Shown: positions 37,771 through 47,115 of the stretch, one piece after another
How positions within the stretch are numbered: the stretch's first letter is position 1
How the letters are laid out: every line of letters starts with the position of its first letter
Source of the DNA: an uncultured delta proteobacterium
GTDB taxonomy: Bacteria; Desulfobacterota; Syntrophia; Syntrophales; UBA2185
Direction of reading: 5' to 3'
Assembly (NCBI GenBank): GCA_963729715.1
Contig: CAVSPA010000005.1
Location: 192,001-256,000 of the forward strand
Length of the DNA stretch: 64,000 nucleotides
The notes under the pieces: model-generated
What the model was told of the DNA's origin: nothing
Database searches by the model: none
Seen by the model: only the letters and a program-made list of their open reading frames with translations
Made by a program: the position numbers and the translations under genes

Positions 37771-38274
37771 ATGCCTCGTACTCTGGTTATTGGTATTGGC
37801 AATATAGACCGCGCCGATGATGGCATTGCATATTATGTGGTAAATGCCCTGCGGCGGCGCCTGGGCCAGGGGATGCTACATGAAGACGAGACCGGGTTGG
37901 AGGACCTGGGAGCACAGATCGATTCCGTATTTCTGGTGCAACTCGCACCGGAGTTGATGGATGTAATAATCCCTTACGATGAGATCATATTTGTAGATGC
38001 ACACGTTTATGAGAACGTAGATAGTCTCTATTGCGCCCCTGTATTTCCGGAGTTTGCTTCCGCTACATTCACGCATCATCTGACACCTGCGATGCTTCTC
38101 GCACTGCTCAAGTCACTCTACCATCGAGAACCTGCGGGGCATATTGTTTCTATCCGCGGCTATGATTTTGATTTCCATCGCAGCCTCTCTGCCGATACCG
38201 AGACGCTCGTGGAGAAGGCAGTGGATCGTATCCTGCAATCGCATGGGCCCATCCATGATGAATCCTGCGCTTAA
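37771..38274 (+). CDS. Hydrogenase maturation protease
   Basis: GIGN..RADDG, QLAPE, FVDAH and THH. Confidence 0.9.
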   Translation: MPRTLVIGIGNIDRADDGIAYYVVNALRRRLGQGMLHEDETGLEDLGAQIDSVFLVQLAPELMDVIIPYDEIIFVDAHVYENVDSLYCAPVFPEFASATFTHHLTPAMLLALLKSLYHREPAGHIVSIRGYDFDFHRSLSADTETLVEKAVDRILQSHGPIHDESCA

Positions 38275-38429
38275 TTTAATTTATAATTACGCTACACGGA
38301 CATATTCTCCAAAATTTTAAACGCCTGCAAAGCGCCTGCCCTTCCGGAACCCAACTTTGATGGATTTTTTAGAATTAATATGTTAACTTAAAAAATAGGT
38401 TTGCCGGAAATCTCTCGTAGAGAAAGCTC

Positions 38430-39341
38430 ATGCGGAAATTCATCCATAAGCAAATCTTTTCAGGACTGCATTTAATGAATATGAGAAGATTCGCTACGTG
38501 CCTGTGTCTCTTTGTTGTCGCATTTTCTTTCTTTTTTGACGGACAACTATCTGCTGCACCCCGTATCAAACTGAAAGCCCAGTCTGCTATTCTGATTAAC
38601 GACAGCAGCGGCAAGGTCCTCTATACAAAAAATCCGGACAGGCCCATGCAACCCGCTTCGCTGACCAAAATCCTTTCCCTGTACCTTGTACATGAGGCAA
38701 TCGCTCAGGGGAAAATTCATCCTGCAGACAGGGTGAAAATAAGTGTAAATGCCCAGATTACAGGTGGATCGAGTATGTACCTTGTCGATGAAACTGAGGT
38801 TGTGCTTGACGACCTCATAAAAGGTATGGCTGTTGTCTCTGCAAATGATGCCAGCATTGCCGTGGCTGAACATCTTGGCGGCAACATAGACATCTTTGTG
38901 AGGATGATGAATGCCAAGGCAAAGGCCCTCAATATGAAACGCAGTCATTTCGTGAATCCTAATGGGCTTCCGGCCAGCGGGCAGGTCACTACTGCCCGGG
39001 ACATTCTCAAACTCTCGCGCGCTTATATAAGAGATTTCCCGGAGGCTTTACAAATCCATTCCATGCAGGAATATACATTCGCCAACATTACCCAGCGCAA
39101 CAGCAACACTCTGCTTGGGCAGTGTGAGGATGTGGACGGATTGAAAACAGGCTTTGTCCGGGCTGCCGGATTTCACCTCGTTGCCACAGCTAAGAGGGGA
39201 GAAACAAGACTCATTGCTGTGGTGATGGGCGAGAAAAATCCCAGAATCAGAACGCTGGATACGACAAGACTCTTGGAACAGGGTTTCCGCATGATTGCCA
39301 GGAAAGGAAAGGCTTCCGCATCGACAAGAAGTCGCTCGTAG
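38430..39341 (+). CDS. D-alanyl-D-alanine carboxypeptidase (S11)
   Basis: PASLTK, SANDA, NPNGL and LKTG. Confidence 0.93.
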   Translation: MRKFIHKQIFSGLHLMNMRRFATCLCLFVVAFSFFFDGQLSAAPRIKLKAQSAILINDSSGKVLYTKNPDRPMQPASLTKILSLYLVHEAIAQGKIHPADRVKISVNAQITGGSSMYLVDETEVVLDDLIKGMAVVSANDASIAVAEHLGGNIDIFVRMMNAKAKALNMKRSHFVNPNGLPASGQVTTARDILKLSRAYIRDFPEALQIHSMQEYTFANITQRNSNTLLGQCEDVDGLKTGFVRAAGFHLVATAKRGETRLIAVVMGEKNPRIRTLDTTRLLEQGFRMIARKGKASASTRSRS

Positions 39342-39530
39342 CGTCGTCAGCTCTCAATCAGCAAGTCTATTTTAGGGAAGACGCCTGCAGTCGAGCTTCA
39401 ATCGGTCCATTGATTTAATTTGACGAACTCCATTCAATAAGGTTAGATTCACTGAATCAATCCACTATGGAAATTTCGTGACTTGAGAAATCATCACCAG
39501 GTATTTTCTAAATGTTAAGGAGGTGAAAAT

Positions 39531-40094
39531 ATGAAAAAAAAGGAGACCGACTACTTCTCTGCCTTGTACGAGGTGGCCAGGGTTATCAATGCTTCTTTGG
39601 ACCCGTCCACTGTTCTTGATAAGATTGTCCAGTGCGTAACACGCGCCATGAACGTCAAGGCGTGCAGCATCAGACTCTTGGATTCAAGGAAGAAACAGCT
39701 TGTTCTTGGCGCTGCGCACGGGCTCTCCAAAGATTACCTTCATAAAGGGCCTATCCTGATAAAGGAAAGCGGACTGGATCAGAAGGTACTTGCAAATGAG
39801 ACCGTGTGGTTGAAGAATGTTCAGACTGACAAGGATTTCCAGTACGGAGCGAAGGCAAAAGCCGAAGGCATTAAGTCGGTATTTGCAGTTCCACTGTCGC
39901 TCCGAAAAAATGCCATCGGCGTCCTTCGGGTATACTCGCAAAGCGTCCATAAATTTGATGACCAAGAAGTTAAGTATTTGGAGGCAGTTGCCAATCTAAG
40001 CGCTATCGCCCTGGACAATGCGAGACATCACAAAACATTGCAATTACAATGTGATTTGATGGCTGCACACAAATATCGCATTGACGACAATTGA
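39531..40094 (+). CDS. Stand-alone GAF domain protein
   Basis: SIRLLD, SVFAVPL...IGVLRVY and F...EV..L..VA..AIALDNAR; AGGAGG RBS. Confidence 0.88.
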   Translation: MKKKETDYFSALYEVARVINASLDPSTVLDKIVQCVTRAMNVKACSIRLLDSRKKQLVLGAAHGLSKDYLHKGPILIKESGLDQKVLANETVWLKNVQTDKDFQYGAKAKAEGIKSVFAVPLSLRKNAIGVLRVYSQSVHKFDDQEVKYLEAVANLSAIALDNARHHKTLQLQCDLMAAHKYRIDDN

Positions 40095-40106
40095 AAGGAG
40101 AACCCC

Positions 40107-41117
40107 ATGATTCGCCTTGGCATAAATGGTTTTGGACGAATAGGCCGGCAGGTGCTGAAAGCCGTGATGGAAAGGCATCCCCGGGCCCTCTCCGTTGTTG
40201 CTATCAACGATCTGTTTGACGTGGAAACCAACGCCCATCTCTTCAAATATGATACAAATTACGGACGGTATCCGGGAGAGGTCAAGACTAAGAAGGATAG
40301 CTTTATTATTGATGGTCGTCTGATCAGGAGCTTAGCATTTCGCGACCCATCCGCCATTCCGTGGGATGATCTGGACATCGATATAGTTATCGAGAGCACA
40401 GGTCTGTTTCTGACCGGTCCCAAAGCAGCGGCCCACATCGACGCGGGGGCAAAGAAGGTCATCATCACTGCCCCCGCAAAGGAAGAAGACATTACAGTGG
40501 TCATGGGCGTCAACCATAAAGACTACAGACCCCGCAAGCATCATATAATATCCAATGCGTCATGCACGACCAATTGCCTAGCCCCGCCCGTTTTTGCTGT
40601 CCATGAAACCTTCGGTATCAAGAAAGGTATGATGACGACCATTCACTCATATACAAATGACCAGCGTATTCTCGATCTTGCTCACAGAGATCTGCGGCGG
40701 GCCCGTGCGGCAGGGCAAAATATCATACCGACCACGACTGGCGCCGCAAGAGCGCTGTCACTTGTGATTCCCGACCTCGCCGGTCTCTTCGACGGATACT
40801 CACTTCGCGTACCCACGCCAACTGTGTCGGTCGTCGATTTCGTTGCGGAACTCCGGAGCAAGACGACGACGGAAGAGCTAAGGACAGTCCTCGAAACCTC
40901 TTGCAGGAAACAGTTCAAGGGTATCATGACATGCGAGAAATCAGGTTTAGTCTCCACGGACTTCAAGGGAAACTCCCACTCCTCTATAATAGATATGGAG
41001 TTCACACAGGTTCTTCAGGGCAACATGGCCAAAGTCGTTGCGTGGTACGACAATGAATGGGGTTATTCCTGCCGAGTGGCAGACCTGGCCAATTACATCG
41101 CGCAAAAAGGGCTGTGA
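40107..41117 (+). CDS. gap: Type I glyceraldehyde-3-phosphate dehydrogenase
   Basis: [19 protein letters not shown] and WYDNEWGY. Confidence 0.97.
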   Translation: MIRLGINGFGRIGRQVLKAVMERHPRALSVVAINDLFDVETNAHLFKYDTNYGRYPGEVKTKKDSFIIDGRLIRSLAFRDPSAIPWDDLDIDIVIESTGLFLTGPKAAAHIDAGAKKVIITAPAKEEDITVVMGVNHKDYRPRKHHIISNASCTTNCLAPPVFAVHETFGIKKGMMTTIHSYTNDQRILDLAHRDLRRARAAGQNIIPTTTGAARALSLVIPDLAGLFDGYSLRVPTPTVSVVDFVAELRSKTTTEELRTVLETSCRKQFKGIMTCEKSGLVSTDFKGNSHSSIIDMEFTQVLQGNMAKVVAWYDNEWGYSCRVADLANYIAQKGL

Positions 41118-41123
41118 GCAAAG

Positions 41124-42452
41124 ATGAAACACGGCCGGATTCTGGTGATAGATGATGATGCAGTTGCCTGTGAATTCTTACAGGAAGCGCTTTCACGTGA
41201 AGGCTACAAAGTAGATACTTTTACATCCGGGAAAGAGGCCCTGAAAAAAGAGCTGTCTCACTACGATCTCCTCATGTCGGATATCAGAATGCCAGAAATC
41301 GACGGGCTTCAGTTTCTCCGGCATGTGCGCGAGAAATGGCCGGACCTGCCCGTTATCCTGATGACCGCCTACGGATCACTGGAAACCACCATGGAGGCGC
41401 TCAGACTGGGTGCATGGGATTATATCAGCAAACCCTTTTCTCCTGAAGCCATTCGCGCCATGGTGCAAAAAGTTCTCGAAGTGCGGGAACTGCGACAGCG
41501 GCGCATGCAAGGGCAGCCGAAAATGTCGGGAGAACCGCAATTCATCGGATCCTCCGCTACCATGGTCGAATTTTATAAGCAGATCGTGCGCATAGCAGAT
41601 GCGGATGCAAGCGTGTTGATCGAAGGCGAAAGCGGCACAGGAAAAGAACTTGCAACGAGAGCCCTTCATCAGTTGAGCACGCGACGGGAAAAGCCGTTTA
41701 TCGTCGTTCATTGCGGCGCTATTCCCGATACCCTTCTCGATTCAGAATTGTTCGGCTACGAAAAAGGGGCATATACGGGAGCAGACCACAAACACGAAGG
41801 ACTTCTTGCATCCGCTCATAGTGGAACAATCTTCCTCGATGAAATTACGGAAATGTCGCCCTCTCTCCAGGGAAAACTCTTGCGCTTTATGCAGAATGGA
41901 GAAGTCCGCAAGCTTGGTGGTCATGAAGTACGGCACTTCAGCGTCCGTGTAGTGGCAGCTACGAACAGAAATATCGATGAGGAGGTAAAAAAGAGCACGT
42001 TCCGCTCAGATCTTCTCTATCGATTCGTAGTGCGTCTGCATATGCCTCCTTTACGGGAACATAAAGAGGATCTGCCGCAGTTAATAGAATCCCTGCTGAA
42101 AAAGATTGGATACCCGTCCGTCCGCATTTCTGATGAGGCTATGGAACTCTTTATGGCATATGACTGGCCGGGCAATGTCCGTGAGCTGCAAAATGTCTTG
42201 GAGCAGACACTGCTTCTTTCGCCCTTCGTGGTGGTCCTGCCCGAGCACCTTCCGGAAAGATTCCGTCTAAAACGTGATGAGACGCTTCCTCTCTTGCCGC
42301 CTCTCGAAGAAGCGGAAAGAAAGCAGATCATCCAGGCGCTGCAGACCACTTCATGGAACCAGAGCCAGGCGGCTCAACTTTTAGGAATTGACCGAAAGAC
42401 GCTGCGGACAAAAATTCAGCGCTATGGTTTATTGAGAGATGGCGCATCGTGA
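41124..42452 (+). CDS. sigma54-dependent response regulator (NtrC/ZraR family)
   Basis: REC domain (DDD, DIRMP); GESGTGKE, ELFGYEKGAYTGA, FLDEI and WPGNVREL; Fis HTH. Confidence 0.95.
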   Translation: MKHGRILVIDDDAVACEFLQEALSREGYKVDTFTSGKEALKKELSHYDLLMSDIRMPEIDGLQFLRHVREKWPDLPVILMTAYGSLETTMEALRLGAWDYISKPFSPEAIRAMVQKVLEVRELRQRRMQGQPKMSGEPQFIGSSATMVEFYKQIVRIADADASVLIEGESGTGKELATRALHQLSTRREKPFIVVHCGAIPDTLLDSELFGYEKGAYTGADHKHEGLLASAHSGTIFLDEITEMSPSLQGKLLRFMQNGEVRKLGGHEVRHFSVRVVAATNRNIDEEVKKSTFRSDLLYRFVVRLHMPPLREHKEDLPQLIESLLKKIGYPSVRISDEAMELFMAYDWPGNVRELQNVLEQTLLLSPFVVVLPEHLPERFRLKRDETLPLLPPLEEAERKQIIQALQTTSWNQSQAAQLLGIDRKTLRTKIQRYGLLRDGAS

Positions 42453-43957
42453 GGCTGTTCTGCAGACGTCACATTCTCGACAATCGGAAAGTACAGAATA
42501 ATTTGCGTGCCCTCGGAAGGACTGCTCTTTATCTCAATCTTGCCGCCGTGGACCTTGACGATATCCTGTACAATAGCAAGTCCCAGACCGCGCAGACCTT
42601 CATCCATATGGGTGCTGAAGAAAGGCTCACAGACCCTCGTCAATAATTCAGGCGGAATACCTGGACCATTGTCTTGGACAGTGATAGCCACAGCATTTTC
42701 TTGCGGGACAGCTCTGGCTGTAACGGAAATCTTCCCCCCTCCGGACATTGCCTCCAGTGCATTCTGAATGAGATTAAACAGGGCTGTCTGAACGCGATAT
42801 CTGTCAACGAAGAGAATGGGTATTTTTTCATCCACATCCACATGGAGTTGAATGCCCGATTTTTGTATAAGCGGTTCGACGAGGGGGAGCGTTTCGTTCA
42901 AGAGTTCAGGTACGCTTACTGCCTCAAAATGCGGCTCCGGAAGACGCGTGGCATGACGTACATTCTGGATGACCGTATTGAGCCTTTGCGTCTGCTGAAC
43001 GATGAGCTCCAGCTTCCTGCCCGCGTCCGGCGGCCATGCATCATGCTCCAGTAGGAGTTTGGCCAGACCCGCAATCGAGTGCAGGGGAGTGCCCAGGTCA
43101 TGGGCCAAGGTCGCCGTCAAGTGACCCAGGGCTGTGAGCTGTTGCAGCTGGTTTACCTGTCGCTGAAGTTGAACCACATTGTGCGTCGCTTCCTGCACCC
43201 TCTCCTCCAGGTTCCTTTGGAGCTCCTGATTCCGCGCCAGCACCCTTTCAATCTCCTCGGCCATTACGTTAAAATGATTTGCTAAATGTCCCCATTCATC
43301 CAGTCTTGCAATGGGCATCCTCTTGACGTATTTGCCTGCACGGAAGTCATCAATAGTATCAATGATAACGCCCAGTGGCCTGCCGATTAGCCATCTGTAG
43401 CTTAATGCCAGGACAAACAGGATGGCGAACAGAAGGCCCATCGTACTGAACAATAGGAGGCGTTTTGCGCGGGCTAGGATTTCAAATCTGGTTTGCGAAA
43501 AAACAATCACACCGACAAAGACCTGCGTATCTTTTTCTGATAGAAATGGATACAGCAGACCCAGGGCTGGCCCGCCGTCAGTATTCAATTCAACATGCTG
43601 TGTTTTTGATTTTTCCATGGCCGCCCCTATGACATTTTCAGGCCATTCATAGGGAACCCGCCCGGCACCCACAATATATTCCACTTCACCATTTACGATG
43701 GAAAAAAGATCAATACGGGCCAGTCTGTCATCTGATTTTACGTGGTCTTCCAATGCATCATCGAGGGCGGATAAACCTTTCCCGGACGGAAAATGCTGGT
43801 AGTACGTACTGACCGTTTCCGCGAGGTCATAAAGCCGTTTGACTTGCTGTTCAATGAGAATAACATTCAGCACCCTTAACTGGATCCAGCCCCAGATGGT
43901 CATGGTGACGGCCAGACCCAAAACGGTCAAGACAATCAGGCGTGTCCGGACAGTCAT
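42422..43957 (-). CDS. Membrane sensor histidine kinase with HAMP domain
   Basis: Two TMs; HAMP; AHDLGTPL, NLIQNA, DNGPG and GLGL. Confidence 0.93.
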   Translation of the reverse strand: MTVRTRLIVLTVLGLAVTMTIWGWIQLRVLNVILIEQQVKRLYDLAETVSTYYQHFPSGKGLSALDDALEDHVKSDDRLARIDLFSIVNGEVEYIVGAGRVPYEWPENVIGAAMEKSKTQHVELNTDGGPALGLLYPFLSEKDTQVFVGVIVFSQTRFEILARAKRLLLFSTMGLLFAILFVLALSYRWLIGRPLGVIIDTIDDFRAGKYVKRMPIARLDEWGHLANHFNVMAEEIERVLARNQELQRNLEERVQEATHNVVQLQRQVNQLQQLTALGHLTATLAHDLGTPLHSIAGLAKLLLEHDAWPPDAGRKLELIVQQTQRLNTVIQNVRHATRLPEPHFEAVSVPELLNETLPLVEPLIQKSGIQLHVDVDEKIPILFVDRYRVQTALFNLIQNALEAMSGGGKISVTARAVPQENAVAITVQDNGPGIPPELLTRVCEPFFSTHMDEGLRGLGLAIVQDIVKVHGGKIEIKSSPSEGTQIILYFPIVENVTSAEQPHDAPSLNKP

Positions 43958-44160
43958 ATTGGACGCCCTGTATATCGAGCTCTCGATAAAATTTTTTAGT
44001 GTAGTCAAGACAAGCACCCTGCAAGATGGATTACGAACCCTTAACCCTCATACCAGAAAAAAATGCAAAACTCAATTGTTCCATTAAATGCAAAAATGGC
44101 ACGGAGATTATATCTCGATGCCACTGCGTTGCAGACAACTTACAATGTTCCCAACGGATA

Positions 44161-44574
44161 TTATTTCTGGGAAGGAGTTTCAGCGGGTGATGGTCTTGTT
44201 TCTTTCAAGGGAGAAGGCTTTCTTATTATCTTTCTCACAACAACGGGCGTAACTCTGGTGGCTATATTCTTGCCGTCCTTCTTCAGGTAGTTCACTTTCA
44301 CTTTATCGCCGACTTTGATTTTCTCAACGGCTTTATCCAATGCAAATTCCATTATCTCCGTATTTCCCCTGACTGTGCGCTCAACCGATATCATTGTATC
44401 TGAGATATCCTTAACGACTCCCGTAATACTCACCTTTGTTTCCTTAGGCGGTTTCATAGTAACTGCTTTAGAAGGATCGGCTTTTGCGGGCGCTGGGGAA
44501 GGTTCGTCAACAGCGAAGACGGCAGCGCTGAAAATAAAAAGAATGCCTGCCGCTAATAACATCAGACGTTTCAT
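44161..44574 (-). CDS. Small secreted protein, probable OB-fold
   Basis: AGGAGG RBS; signal peptide ending AVFA; beta-rich ITGVVKDI...IKVGDKVKVNY. Confidence 0.8.
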   Translation of the reverse strand: MKRLMLLAAGILFIFSAAVFAVDEPSPAPAKADPSKAVTMKPPKETKVSITGVVKDISDTMISVERTVRGNTEIMEFALDKAVEKIKVGDKVKVNYLKKDGKNIATRVTPVVVRKIIRKPSPLKETRPSPAETPSQK

Positions 44575-44657
44575 TCCAGGCAACCTCCTTCTTATATTCC
44601 TCAAAATATCAATTCCCCGCATTCATTAATGGATTATTATATCAAACTAAATCTTAG

Positions 44658-44673
44658 TGCAATCTGTATACCA
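44658..44673 (-). promoter_or_regulatory. sigma54 promoter upstream of the secreted-protein and kinase genes
   Basis: Minus strand reads TGGTAT-ACAGA-TTGCA with GG-N10-GC spacing. Confidence 0.7.
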
Positions 44674-44844
44674 CATGAAGCTCCGTTATGAGATATTAAA
44701 CTAACTATATACAATTACGTCAGATTAAATTAATGTCTCCGGTCCGGATAGGAAGTACATGATAAAAGATTGGAGAATTAAACCCCAGTTATTGAGTAAT
44801 TTTTCATCAATTGCCCTACAAATACCCTATGAAGAAACATAAGA

Positions 44845-45786
44845 CTATGATTTTCTTGTAATCATTTTCAAGGCTGCAGGCATGATGTCTGCAACTATGG
44901 GTAAGCAGCACGGCTGTTCTCCATCGCAATCAACGAGCACGCGTTCGGGAGAGGATGCACTTATCGTTTTACCTGTCAGAATCGATACGTCTTTGATATC
45001 TTTGATTCTGCCATTATATAACTTAGGAAGATGCCTGAAGACCTCGGCGAGAGTCAAGTTTCCGATCACCGTTATGTGAAACAGACCATCATCTACAGCG
45101 GCACCCGGAGCCACACACATGCCACCGCCGTGATATTGACCGTTAGCCACAGCGATGTTCCAGGCAATGACATTCCTCCTATAGGAGTTGTCAATCTCAA
45201 TATCTATATTTTTCTTGCCGTAGAGGAAGATGGAAATGAGGGTTGCCCATATAAAAGAAATGAAGGGGCCGAATGCCTTGCTGCTTTTGTTGATCCTCTC
45301 GTCGACTTCGCCTCCCAGGCCGAAACTGACGATATTATGGAAATAACGGGTAACCGGAAGTCCGTGGTCATTCTGGTGCCGAAGCCGCCCCACGTCAATG
45401 ACCTTCATATATCCTTCTTTAATCGTGTCGAGTGATTGTTCAATCCCTGCGGGGATAGGCACAGTCCTAATGAAATCACATCCCGTTCCGCTCGGCACAA
45501 GCCCCAGCAGAGCGTCATCCCGAATCGGTCCGCTTTCATCCATGAATCCATTTATTACCTCATTAAGGGTGCCGTCCCCGCCTACACAGATGATCAGGTC
45601 TGCCCCTTCCATGAGCTTCATTCTGGCGATCCTCGCGGCATCTCCCGGTTTTGCGGTCAGATGCGACGTAAAATAACCGAGACGCTCACGCGCCATGGCC
45701 TGAATGCGCGGCCACTGCCTGCCTGTCAAGCCGTTACCTGCATGGGGATTAACGATGAAGACCATTCTCTTGGAAGCCAAAATCAT
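44845..45786 (-). CDS. Diacylglycerol/lipid kinase family protein (YegS/DgkB-like)
   Basis: NPHAG, GGDGTLNEVING, PSGTGCDF, NGQYHGGG and DGE. Confidence 0.93.
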   Translation of the reverse strand: MILASKRMVFIVNPHAGNGLTGRQWPRIQAMARERLGYFTSHLTAKPGDAARIARMKLMEGADLIICVGGDGTLNEVINGFMDESGPIRDDALLGLVPSGTGCDFIRTVPIPAGIEQSLDTIKEGYMKVIDVGRLRHQNDHGLPVTRYFHNIVSFGLGGEVDERINKSSKAFGPFISFIWATLISIFLYGKKNIDIEIDNSYRRNVIAWNIAVANGQYHGGGMCVAPGAAVDDGLFHITVIGNLTLAEVFRHLPKLYNGRIKDIKDVSILTGKTISASSPERVLVDCDGEQPCCLPIVADIMPAALKMITRKS

Positions 45787-45865
45787 AACCTGCTGTCCCG
45801 GATGATAATAGGCAGCCCCGCAACGGAGAGGAAACTCTATAAAATATCTTTCTGCAATTTTTTCA

Positions 45866-46942
45866 TTACTTTCTTATGCGCCTGTACACCCAGCAGTGCA
45901 AAAAGAAAAAGAGGGTAACCAGTCCGCCCTGTCGTATCATCTTTCTTGCAATTTTTCTCACGTCTTTCTGCCGATCCACTTTTTTGTCGGCGAGATACAT
46001 GCCGAGTAAACCGCGATTAATCATGTGATGGAAGCGTGCGTTGGGCAGGCGGGAGATGCTTTGGTCTGCCTGCTTATAGAAATGCATCAGCCTTGCAGTC
46101 ATTTCCTTGCTGTTGGGATAGTAGGAACAGAAATTCAAATCCCCGCCGGCGCGGTCCTCCTCCTGATCGATCAGATAATCAAGCAGTATATGTAATCCCT
46201 GCACCCACGGGAAATATGCATCTTTGATGCGCCCCGCCAGTTCCGCCGAACAATCTTCCCGAAAAGCATGGGCAACGAGGCAGAAGATGCCGAGTGTGGA
46301 GCCGGCGCACGCCGCAAATTCATACCAGCTCATCTCCGGCAAATGGCCCTTGTACCTGTCAAACCATGCTGCGAGACGGGGTACACGTTCTTCAATCCTA
46401 ACATGCTTGCGGACCTGCAGTTCACAATAATAGCCGGCAAGTTCGTGAAGCGCCGGTGCAATCAGATGATATGTCGGCAATTTCTTGAGGACTTCCTGAC
46501 AGGTCGCAACAAGGGAGAGCAGGTAGCCTCCATCATCCTGTTCATTTCGGAAACGGTAATACGCCCCACCGGATGCGCCAGGAGTCAGAGCATGAGGCAT
46601 TGATTCGTGAAGGGCACGAAAATCGTTTGGATCAAGGGATGTACTGCGATCACATAGATTGTCAAGATAGTCGCTGATGGTCTGATATGCGACAATGAAT
46701 CGTACAACTTCATGGTAGCGATCCCCCGCTAATAAGGCGTAAATCGACCCGCCTTCACAGTGGAATGTCTTTGTCTCAATGCTCATGAGGGCCTGTTTGC
46801 GGAGCTCCGGATCAGGAATCTCTGCGGCCCTTTTTTTCCACTCCCCCAGATGACGATGGACATCAGGACGCACCCGGACAATAATTTTTGTTGTCATCGT
46901 CCACAGGAAGGGCAAATTGTTCACCAAATGACGCTCCTCCAT
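45866..46942 (-). CDS. Class IB terpene synthase, tetraprenyl-beta-curcumene synthase (YtpB/DUF2600) family
   Basis: K.FHCEGG, YQTISDYLDNLCD, WYEFAAC.GSTLG and LHILLDYLIDQEED. Confidence 0.9.
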   Translation of the reverse strand: MEERHLVNNLPFLWTMTTKIIVRVRPDVHRHLGEWKKRAAEIPDPELRKQALMSIETKTFHCEGGSIYALLAGDRYHEVVRFIVAYQTISDYLDNLCDRSTSLDPNDFRALHESMPHALTPGASGGAYYRFRNEQDDGGYLLSLVATCQEVLKKLPTYHLIAPALHELAGYYCELQVRKHVRIEERVPRLAAWFDRYKGHLPEMSWYEFAACAGSTLGIFCLVAHAFREDCSAELAGRIKDAYFPWVQGLHILLDYLIDQEEDRAGGDLNFCSYYPNSKEMTARLMHFYKQADQSISRLPNARFHHMINRGLLGMYLADKKVDRQKDVRKIARKMIRQGGLVTLFFFLHCWVYRRIRK

Positions 46943-47115
46943 TTTGACCGCTTGCTCTTATAGAAACAACTTCGCAAAGAGTCTCTCCATCGCTCGAAAG
47001 CCCGAGGCGAGCCTCAGGAAACACACACGCTTGCGCTTCATAACACAAGGTATATTTTTACACAAGCGCGAGGTGCGTAAGTTTCAGGATTTGCCTTGAC
47101 CCCTTATTTCTTTTC

